Shown piece after piece: positions 1 through 10,100 of a stretch of DNA of 64,000 nucleotides (positions are counted from its first letter, which is position 1; every line of letters starts with the position of its first letter). Location: positions 1,426,001 through 1,490,000 of the forward strand of contig CM074804.1 of NCBI GenBank assembly GCA_037447605.1, read 5' to 3'. Source of the stretch: Zygnema circumcarinatum SAG 698-1b. Its lineage: Eukaryota > Plantae > Zygnematophyceae. The notes beneath the pieces are model-generated. The model made no database searches and was not told the DNA's origin. It worked only from the letters and a program-made list of their open reading frames with translations. The translations under genes were made by a program, and so were the position numbers.

Positions 1-217
1 TCTCCAGAACGGAACCCGGATCTGCGTCGGACACTGAAACTGGAACTGAAACTGGAACTGAAACTGGTACTGGAACTGAACTCGCAAATGGATCCTCCGA
101 TGGCACGGGCAAATATGTGCCCCCAATGTAGTAGAGCGCCCCCAGCGCGACCAGCACCAGCGCTGCCGCCCCCGCTCTGATCGCGACCTGAACCCTAAAC
201 CCTGTCTCCCCCGCCAT
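1..217 (-). CDS. 5' end of an unknown predicted type II membrane protein (truncated by window edge)
   Basis: ATG at 217, open to the edge: MAGETGFRVQVAIRAGAAALVLVALGALYYIGGTYLPVPSEDPFASSVPVPVSVPVSVPVSVSDADPGSVLE. Hydrophobic signal-anchor followed by a Pro/Ser/Val stem. No family recognised. Confidence 0.5.
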   Translation of the reverse strand, partial: MAGETGFRVQVAIRAGAAALVLVALGALYYIGGTYLPVPSEDPFASSVPVPVSVPVSVPVSVSDADPGSVLE

Positions 218-649
218 TCATGCGCAGGGACTGTACGGACGGGGCCCTTTCCCCTGAAAAACGCACGTGCTATGCCACGTGTCGCGAGGAGAATGGACTA
301 CGACAGCACGCGCGTGCATGCCCGCCACAAGGCCATCACGTGGATGCGGATGAGGCTGCCACGTGGCAGCTGCCGATGGCGAAGGAAGGGCCGTGGAGGG
401 TTCCGTCAGCCGAAGTCGTACGATCTGACGGAAATCTGTTCCACGGATCGCTGACTGATCCGTACAATAGGAACAGCAAAAAATGTCGTTTCGTACGGGA
501 AACTTGTCACATGAAACGGCTCACCCGTGATACCGTACACTCAGCTCTGAAGTCTGAATTCTAAATCCTGAAGGGGTTTAGAACGTTCAGCAAAAATCCT
601 GACGGGGCTGAAACCCTAAATTATAACGAGTGTTCGCTAAACCCAAATC

Positions 650-1200
650 CTAACTGTGCCCGAAATGAAGCAGAACCCTCGACCCAAGCTGCCTGCAGCT
701 CTAACCAAAACCTTCAAGCCTAACTGAATTTCAAACCCTAAACAAGCCGTCAACTCGACCCAAACCCTAACCCGAACCACACCTTAAACCCTACCTAAAC
801 CTTCAACCCTAACCAAACCCCAAGCCCTAAACCCAAACCCTACTGTGCCCGAAATGAAGCAGAACCCTCGACCCAAGCTGCCTGCAGCTCTAACCAAAAC
901 CTTCAAGCCTAACTGAATTCCAAACCCTAAACAATCCTTCAACTCGACCCAAACCCTAAACCCGAACCACACCTTAACCCCTACCTAAACCTTCAAACCT
1001 AACCAAACCCCAAGCCCTAGACCCAAACCCTCACCGTGCCCGAAATGAAGCAGAACCCTCAACCCAAGCTGCCTGCAGCTCTAACCAAAACCTTGAAGCC
1101 TAACTGAATTTCAAACCCTAAACAGGCCTCCAACTCTACCCAAACCCTAAACCCTAACCAAAGCTTCCAGCCCACCCAACCCCTAAACCCTGCCCAAACC
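650..1200. repeat. ~190-bp tandem repeat, about 3 copies, telobox-rich
   Basis: CGAAATGAAGCAGAACCCTC...GCTGCCTGCAGCTCTAACCAAAACC recurs at 661, 850 and 1041 (periods 189 and 191). Confidence 0.9.
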
Positions 1201-1242
1201 CTAAACTCTCAGCCCTTCTCCCTCCGCCCTTCCATCTCCTTC

Positions 1243-1893
1243 ATGACTGCTGCTTTCCCCAGCGCCGTCGCCGATCTACGGCTCGTAGCCTCCCACGTGG
1301 CAGTCTACGAGCCGTGCGATGACTCCTTCGCCCTGGCCGACGCCCTCTCCGCGGACCTCGCCCTCTTGCAGGCCCTCCGGCCCCTCCTCTGCGTGGAGGT
1401 CGGCAGCGGGAGTGGCTACGTGGCGGCCTCTCTGGCGCTCCTGCTGCGCCCCCTCCCTGTGCAAATATTCGCCACAGACATCAGCGTTCCGGCAGCCATA
1501 ACGACGCAGGCGACGCTGCGTTCACACGGCGTGAACGGAGAGGTGGTGGTGACATCACTGGTCGAAGGGATGCAGCGGCGGCTACATCACTCTGTGGATG
1601 TGATGTTGTTCAACCCTCCGTATGTGCCGACCCCCCCCGAGGAGGTGGGGAAGGAGGGGATCACGGCGGCGTGGGCGGGCGGGGAGAGGGGGAGGGAGGT
1701 GGTGGACAGAATGCTGCCACGTGTCAAGGACCTGCTGGCGGAGAAGGGCGTGTTCTACCTGGTGGCGCTGGCGGAGAACGACATCGGCGACATATCGCGG
1801 GTGATGTTGGGGGAGGGCTTCAGGGCGGCGACGGTGCTGGTGAGGAGGACGGAGGAGGAGACGCTCCATGTGCTGCGGTTCCGCCGTATTTGA
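1243..1893 (+). CDS. N6AMT1: HemK2/N6AMT1 (Mtq2-type eRF1 glutamine methyltransferase), single exon
   Basis: VYEPCDDSFALADAL N-terminus, VEVGSGSG SAM motif, LFNPPYVPTP motif, AWAGG.RGR..VDR, G.FYLV; 216 aa. Confidence 0.95.
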   Translation: MTAAFPSAVADLRLVASHVAVYEPCDDSFALADALSADLALLQALRPLLCVEVGSGSGYVAASLALLLRPLPVQIFATDISVPAAITTQATLRSHGVNGEVVVTSLVEGMQRRLHHSVDVMLFNPPYVPTPPEEVGKEGITAAWAGGERGREVVDRMLPRVKDLLAEKGVFYLVALAENDIGDISRVMLGEGFRAATVLVRRTEEETLHVLRFRRI

Positions 1894-3280
1894 GCGCATG
1901 GAGCGGCCGTAAGGCGTCCTTCCAGCACACGCTGGGGAGTGTGTATATACATTTGTTCCTTTTTTTCATGACATTTTTGACGATTGGAAAGTGGTCTGAA
2001 GAATTTATTTGGCTTCAATTTGGGACGTTTAAGTAGCTAAGCTGCAGAAATTGCATGCTTTTCTCTCCTTCTGTCGCTCTCTCTCTCTCTCTCCCTCGCT
2101 CTCCTCATCTCCCTTTCTCTCGCCTCTCTTTCTCGTCCTCCCCCCCTCTCCCCCTCCTAGCTCTCAAGTCTCAGCTATGTAAGCTGTTTATTTTTTAATG
2201 AAGTGTCAGAGCAGGTCAAGGTTGTACAGAGGGAGGAAGTCCCAATTATTGGAACGCTGAGAAATGTTGAACCCCGTTGAGGTTCGCGCTTGAGAGGATT
2301 CCACATTGATTGATCTAAGCCAGACATCAAACCATAGAAATTTAAGTTTTGAAGATCCACTCAGATGCGTTGAACTTGTCATGCTCAATTTTGTGCACTG
2401 TAGAAGCTTCCAAGCGAATCAAAAGCACTGTTTTGGTTTTCCTTGCCCCTTTCCCCTTTCCCCTTTGCCATGCCATGCCATGCGTCATGCCCACACCCCT
2501 GCAACCCTAATCTTCATGGAACATCCACATGTCCACGTCGTACATGTACGTTCCCTGCCACGTATCGACCGCTCCGTATTCCTCGAAATCGACGCTGGTA
2601 TCCACTTTTTGTCCACGTGTCGCGCTGTGGTCGATGTGGCTGGTCGGTGGCCTTGTCCAGCACAGCATAGTCCACGTCACCAGTGCTTGAAATTTTACAA
2701 GATTTTTCGCCATGTCTGCACGAAATGAAATGTCAGCCTACACTGATTGGCAGTTGTCCAGTCAGCAGCAGTCTGGGTAAGTCAATGTAAGTCAAGACGG
2801 GTCAAACCGGTACGACCTGCCGCCAACGAAACTGCCCGGCGGCAAATCCGCGGCTCATCGAAAACGACGAGAACCGCCACCGCAACCGCGGCAGCGGTTA
2901 CGGTCCCACAACTGCCGTCCGCCTTACAAATAGATCCCCAGCCCTTTCTCGGCTTCAAATTTTGGATTTCGACGACTTCGGTTTAAAGAGGGTTTTACCC
3001 TGAACCCTGAACCCGCAGTCGCACGCGCCACGTGGCACATGGATCGGATTCCCACCGACACGACTGCGATATCCGTACGTCCTCTATTTTCTAAAAACAA
3101 TACTGTAATATCCACATATAAGGACATTATTAACGTTCGCAAAGTATTGTTACATATATACATTCACAGAATCTTGCCATCACGTGGCTAACTGCCATTG
3201 GCCGATGCTCACCCTTAAATATTTATCCCCGGTGAAACTGGTCCTAGAAGCCGCCGCCGGAGTTCCAGTCCGCGAGCGCA

Positions 3281-5202
3281 ATGGCGGCTGCCACGTGGCG
3301 CGCGCTGGCGCTCCCCCACGTGGCCGCATCCAGGTCGTCGATGCCACGTGGTGCCCTGCTGACCGTCCATCGATCACTGCAGCCATGTTCGGCGCCACGT
3401 GGAGCTCGGCCTGGAGAGGGTGCAGGGCTTGTGGGAGTCGGCGAGATATTAGGGTTTGCAGGGTTCAGGAAGAACGAGGGAGGATTTAGGGTTTATGCGA
3501 GCCATGGCGGCGGCGAGGTGGCCGCGGCTGCAGGGTTCGTTTCGGGGGAAAAAATCGTCAGCATTGATGACGTGATTGCAGCCGTGAGTGCTGGCCGGGC
3601 TCCAAAGGATGGTGCGGGGTACAATTGAAATTTTTTCGGAGGAAAATGGAAAAGTGGGCGGGAGGGGAGTGAGGAACTGAAAGCAGCTTCGAGGTTTTAA
3701 AGTTTGTTTCAAAAAGGATTAAAAAATAAACAGAAAAAAATAGAAAAGGTTTAATTAAGTTAGAGTCAATTTACACCCTTTTTTTTGGCTAGATACACAC
3801 CTTTTTCGTCGGTCAGATTTTATGTTAGGGTTTTTAGGGTTTTGGGATTTTTTTAAAGGTGTGTATTTTGCCGAAAAAGGTGTGTGAAGAAATTCAAGGT
3901 AAAATAAAATTAATTAAAGGTATCGAGAGCTGCTGCCCCTTTTGGCATACCCAATGCGCCGCCCTGCATTGTACGCGTATTTATTGAGCTGTAGAGGCGC
4001 CAGCAGCGGTGGGAATTGGAGGAGGTAAAGAAGGGGGAAGAGGGGGAAGCAGGCGGATCTGTGTTCAAGTTCTGTGTCGCTCTGTTCTACGGAACGCACA
4101 TGCGCATAGAAACGGAGGTCTCGCGTTTACATTGACCTGTAACGGTAGTTTTCCCTGCATGTAGAGAGACCTTGGAGCTTCTATTAATGGCGAATCTCTA
4201 ACTCTCTCTCTCTCTCTATCGCTTTCTCTCGATCACTCCCTCCCCTCTCACTCTCACTCACTCTCTTCCGCTTTCAATCACTCTCGCCCCCTCTCGCTCT
4301 CTCACTCACTTTCTCTCTCTGGCAATCATTCTCTCTCTCTCCCTCTCAACTACTCTACCTCTCTTGTTCTCTCTCTCATTCTCTCGTCCTCCTACACTCT
4401 CTCTCCCTCTCTTTCTGTCTCTCACTTGTCCTTTTCGCCTATTTTATTTTTCTGCGTCTGTTTTTTCTCGCAGGCGAGGGAGGAGAACAGCGACTTCATA
4501 TTTGAGGACGACGGCGACGCAGCAGAGCCCTCTCTTGACCCCTTCGCGCGGAAGTCCAACGCAAACCCTAATCCCCATCGTACGGGCCCTCTGTCTCACC
4601 TGCTCTTTTTTTGAGCTGGCTGATCAATAAACTCCCAAAAACCACAGATTTCGGTTAACCCTAATAATTTTGGTGTATTGCTGTTTGGGGCCCAATTATG
4701 AACAATCTATAATGGGCCCTCTCTTTTTCCGTGTCTCTCGCCCTCTCCTCCCTCCCGTTCTCAATTTTTCCCTCTCTCTCTCTGCTCTCCAATGCAGCTT
4801 CCTCTGTCCAAGCGTTGCCCTCAGCTTCGGATATGAAGAAAGTCCTTTCTGCATATCAAGAAGCTCCGCCGGGTGAGTATTGAGCGAGAGGGAGAAGAGA
4901 GAGGGAGAGAGAGAGAGAGAGAGAGATCGAGAGAGGGAGAAAGAGCTGCCAGTAGAGCGAGGGGAGAGCGAAGGGGAGGGCTTTCACACATGTCATTACA
5001 ACTCCTCCATTCGAGGCTTTCTTCCTTCCTCACTACTTTCTCCCCACTTTTATGGCTGGTCAGAGCACAAATTTTCACAGCCATTTCAACACAGGTTTCT
5101 GGCTTACAGTTGTAGGTTTGCAGTTTTCGGAACTCCAACGTTTCAGCGTTATTGGAGGATTTAGGGTTTTAGATTTGAACGAGCGACTGATTTCCCCGCC
5201 GC

Positions 5203-5269
<67 letters not shown>

Positions 5270-6503
5270 CCCCCCCATCGGAGCAGCCCTCAAAGAGATG
5301 ACGGTGGAGGAGTTGGAAGCGGCTCTCAAGTCTCCCAATCCGCCTCTCCTATTGGATGTGCGCACTAAGGAAGAATTCGCCGAAGTGTGAGTCCACGCTC
5401 CATGAAAGCCATAACTCGCTCCAGGTTCGGGCTTTCTAGGGTTCAGGGATTTCAGGGTTCGGGGGATTTAGGGTTCAGAGGTTTTAGGGTTCAGAGGTTT
5501 TAGGGTCCTGAGTTTTGTATGTTTTCAGGAGGGTGCCGGAGGCCGTACACGTGCCGCTGCCGGAGGTCGTTGCGCGGGCGATGGACGGCTCGATCAGCCT
5601 CAGCGGCCGCCAGGTGGCGATCATCTGTCGCTCTGGTGGGTTGACTTGTCCGACTTTCTTGACTAAGTTGACTTGCGTTGACTTCGGCTGACTCTTGCTT
5701 TGGGCTTCGTTTTTTACTTGGTTGACCTGGATTGACCCCTCTCACAGTTGACGTGTGGTACTACTCAGCCCTTGTGGACCGCATGAAATCATTGAAACAA
5801 AGGCCTAAAACCCTAAACCCTGAACCCAACCCCTAAACCATAATTCTTAATCTCTAATCCTTGATCCGCACCCCTAACCTTAAACCTTAACCCCTAAACC
5901 CGAAACGCTATCCCTAAGCTCGAATCCCTAACCCCTAATCCTAACTTTGTGACCCTTTAACACTACCCCCGAACCCCTAAACCCTAAACCCTTAACCCTC
6001 TCCTCTGACTCCTTAACCCTGACCTCCCTTAAACCCTTACTTCCCTAACGCGTAAACCCTCAACCTAATCCCTAAACCCTACCCCCTAACCCCTAAGCCT
6101 AACCCCTAAACCTAATCCTTAAACCCTACCCCCTAACCCCTAAACCTAATCCTTAAACCCTACCTCCTAACCCCTAAACCTAATCCTTAAACCCTACCCT
6201 CTAACCCCTAAACCTAATCCTTAATCCCTACCCCCTATCCCCTAAACCTAATCCTTAAACACAACCCTCTAACCCCTAAACCTAACCCCTAAACCTAATC
6301 CTTGAACCCTACCCCCTAACCCCTAAACCTAACCCCTTCAAGTCTAGTGTGGGGGGGGTTGGGCCGGGGCTCAAGCAGGGAGGAGAAGTGCGCAGGCGGG
6401 GGCGGAGTTGGCGGCGGCTCTGAACCTGTCCGACCTCTACAATGTGGTTGGAGGGACGCTGGCGTGGGTAGATAAGAAATATGCTGTCAGTTCAGACCTG
6501 TAA
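3281..6503 (+). CDS. Rhodanese-like domain protein with probable organellar transit peptide (6 exons)
   Basis: Phase-consistent exons 3281-3583, 4474-4579, 4798-4872, 5287-5386, 5529-5635, 6379-6503. They give LLLDVRTKEEFAEVRVPEAVHVPL...VAIICRSGRRSAQA...LYNVVGGTLAW (active-site CRSGRRS loop). Start codon and exons 2-3 are less certain. Confidence 0.85.
5800..6345. repeat. Intronic degenerate telomere-like array (AACCCT/CCCTAA), including a 34-nt higher-order unit
   Basis: AAACCCTACCCCCTAACCCCTAAACCTAATCCTT repeated several times at about 6075-6335 inside the last rhodanese intron. Confidence 0.9.
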
Positions 6504-7188
6504 ATTTGTTAACAAAGTCAACTTAAAAAAGAAGAAGAAAAGGGGACAAAAATGCAGAAGAAAAAAAAATGTCGATTTTGGGGTTTGGTGAGTTCCCTTT
6601 GTTGTTCGACACGAGAGCATGCCAAATTGTCGTTTTTTTTGTAACGAGGATGGATGAATTTCACAAAAGTTTTAGGCTTTGTCTGCTTTCTGTCTGAACG
6701 TGCTTTTAATTTCCGTAGTTTTTTCTTTATGAGATTGAACACACTTGATTGTTTCCGAACACACTTTCATTCATTTTCACTTTCATCATCGTTCGGAAAA
6801 TGACATCACTATTGGGGCCTCGTCGCCCTCCTCCCAAATCTCAAGATGTTCGTTCTGAGCAACTGCGTCCTACAAAGTCATGTCGCAAACAAACCACAAT
6901 TGGATAGAAATTTTCCAAAACCCGAAACTGAAAAGGAAAAACAAACCATACTTTGTAAATCCTAAACCGATCAATGAGTGTTCGGCCTACCGTACCGTAC
7001 TCAGTAACTATTTCTAGCAATACTGATTAGCAATTTTTCCGCACGATTTTGTTGTGTCTGCACACAAACCATCATGGCATGGCATGAATTCTAATGTTCA
7101 ATTCCTGCCACGTGTCGCTGTCCGATTGGCGCTTGACTCAACCTGCATGGCGTGGCCACACCATGAGCCTCCCTCGACCCAAAGAAAA

Positions 7189-10100
7189 ATGTCCCACCTG
7201 CCCGCGATGTCCCCTTCCTCGTGCTGCCGCGTGGCGGTCTTGCGCCCCCTCCGCCCCTCCGCTAAAGCCCTAAACCCTGCCCCCCTCCCTGACTTGCTCA
7301 ACCCTAAACCCTCGCCGTCGCTTGTCCCTTCCGCCTCCGCCAATCGCAGACCTCGATCGCTCGCAGATGGAAACCCTAATCGCTCCTTAAACCCTAATTT
7401 TCCGAGAAACCCTAAATGGTTCTTAAACCCTAATCCTTACCGTCATTGGGGAGTCCGAGCGCTAAGTTTGGAGGGGGGCGCCATGACGGAGGGCAAGCAG
7501 AAGCACGTGAACCGCCTCGCGAAGGAGCAGAGCCCCTACTTGCTGCAGCACGCGCATAATCCGGTCAGGGTTTAGGGTTTTAGGGTTTTAGGGCTATAGC
7601 ATACTGGGTTCATGGTTTAAAAAATTTAGATAAAGCAGGGTTAGGGTTTTAGAGTTTAGGAATACAAGTGTTATAGTTTTTTTTAACATTTTTGTTTAAA
7701 AATTCTGGGATCGAAAGGCTCATTTAAGCTTCGAGGGAAAAATCTGCAGTGAACATTTATTATTGTTTTTTCTTCTTGTTTTTTCTCCACCTTAATTCCC
7801 TTCCACCCACTTTTTTTTTACTTTGGCTTTATTTCTTCAGGTCGACTGGTACCCGTGGGGCGAAGAAGCGTTTGCCAAAGCTCGGGCAGAAGGAAAACTT
7901 ATTTTTCTGTCCGTGGGCTACAGCACGTGCCATTGGTGCCATGTCATGGAGGTAATAAAAAAAAGAAAAAAAGGGGAGGGGGCAGGGAAGGGGAAGAGGA
8001 GAATGGTGGGGAGGTAAAAACGAAACCCCTTTTCGCAAAATGAATATTTTCTCGTCGACTACATCCGAATTGATGATTTTTTTATTATTTTACTATTTAT
8101 ATTATTTTTGTTCTACCTCCTTACTATGTTAGCGATTTGACACATGAATCCTTCATTTCTTGACATAAAACTCCTTACAAGCGCTTGTTGCTGATAAACC
8201 CCCTCTCCCATTTCCCCTCTCTCCCCTCCCAGGTCGAGTCCTTTGAAAACGAAGAAGTGGCGGAACTCCTGAACAAGTGGTTTGTCAGCATCAAGGTTGA
8301 TCGCGAGGAGCGCCCCGACGTCGATAAGGTACAAACCTCGTCCTCTAAATCTCTAAAACCCTAACACCCAAAGATATCCATCGCCATTGTCATCGTTCTT
8401 CATCCTTGTTGGCCACCTGTCTTTCCCCTATTCCTCCCCCTCCGCCCTCCCTTCCCCCTTCCCCTCCGCCCTCCCCAATCCCCCCTCCCCCCCTCCCACC
8501 CTTCCACCCCTCCCCCCTCCCCCCTCCCCCTCCCCCCCTTCCACCCCTCCCCCCTCCCCCCTTCCCTCCTCCCCCTCCCCTCCCCCCTCCCCTCCCTCCT
8601 CCCCTCCCCCTCCCCCTCCCCTCCCCCCTCCCCTCCCCTCCCCCTCCCCCTCCCCCTTCCCCCTCCCCTCCCCCCTCCCTCCCCCTCCCCTCCCCCTCCT
8701 CTTCCCCCTCCTCCCCCTCCCCTCCCCTCCCCCCTCCCCCTCCCCCTTCCCCCTCCCCCCCTCCCCCCCTCCCCTCCCCCTCCCCTCCCCCTCCCCCTCC
8801 CCCTCCCCTCCCCCTCCCCTCCCCCCTCCCCCTCCCCCTTCCCCCTCCCCTCCCCTCCCCCTCCCCCCTCCCCTCCCCCTCCCCTCCCCCTCCCCCTCCC
8901 CCTCCCCACTCCCCCTCCCCCTCCCCTCCCCCTCCCCTCCCCCTCCCCTCCCCCTCCCCTCCCCTCCCCTCCCCTCCCCCTCCCCCTCCCCTCCCCCTCC
9001 CCTCCCCCTCCCCCTCCCCCTCCCCCTCCCCCTCCCCCTCCCCCCTCCCCTCCCCCTCCCCCTCCCCCCTCCCCCTCCCCCCTCCCCCTCCCCTCCCCCT
9101 CCCCCCTCCCCTCCCCCCTCCCCTCCCCCCTCCCCCCTCCCTCCTCCCCCTTCCCTCCTCCCCCTCCCCCTTCCCCCTCCCCCCCTCCCCCCTCCCCTCC
9201 TCTCCTTCCCTCCCCTCCCCTCCCCCTCCCCTCCCCTCCCCCCTCCCCCTCCCCCCTCCCCCTCCCCCTCCCCTCCCCTCCCCCTCCCCCTCCCCCCTCC
9301 CCCTCCCCTCCCCTCCCCCCTCCCCCTCCCCTCCCCCCTCCCCCCTCCCCCTCCCCCTCCCCCTTCCCTCCCTCCCCTCCCTCCCTCCTCCTCCTCCCCT
9401 CCCTCTCTCCCCTCCCCTCCCCTCCCCCTCCCTCCTCCCCTCCCTCCCCCTCCCCCTTCCCCCTCTCCTCTTCCCCCTCCTCCCCTCCCCTCCCCCTCTC
9501 CTCCCCTCCCTCCTCCTCCCTCCCCTCCCTCCTCCTCCCCCTCCCCCTCCCCACCTCCCCTTCCCCATCAATCCCTCCCCACTCCCCCTCCCCTCCCCTC
9601 CCCTCTTCATCCTCCCCCTCCCCCCCGGGGCCGGCAGGTGTACACGACGCGTGCAGGCGATGGAGGCGGGGGGGGTGGCCGATGAGTGTGTCTCACTGCC
9701 GAGGCGGCCCGTCCTCTGGGGAGGGATTACTTCCCTGCTGGAGGAGGTGCACTGGCTGCATTGGCTTCTGCAGCCTGCTCAGGTGGGGGCATGGGGGCAT
9801 GGGGGCATGGGGCATGGGGCATGGGGGCATGGGGCATGGGGGCATGGGGCATGGGGGCATGGGGCATGGGGGCATGGGGCATGGGGGCATGGGGCATGGG
9901 GGCATGGGGCATGGTGGGCATGGGGGGCATGGGGCATAGTGCATGGGGCATAGTGCATGGGGGCATGGGGGCATGGGGGCATGGGGCAGGGGGGCATGGG
10001 GGCATGGGGCATGGGGCATGGGGGCATGGGGGGGGGCATGGGGCATGGGGGCATGGGGCATGGGGCATGGGGCATGGGGCATGGGGCATGGGGCATGGGG

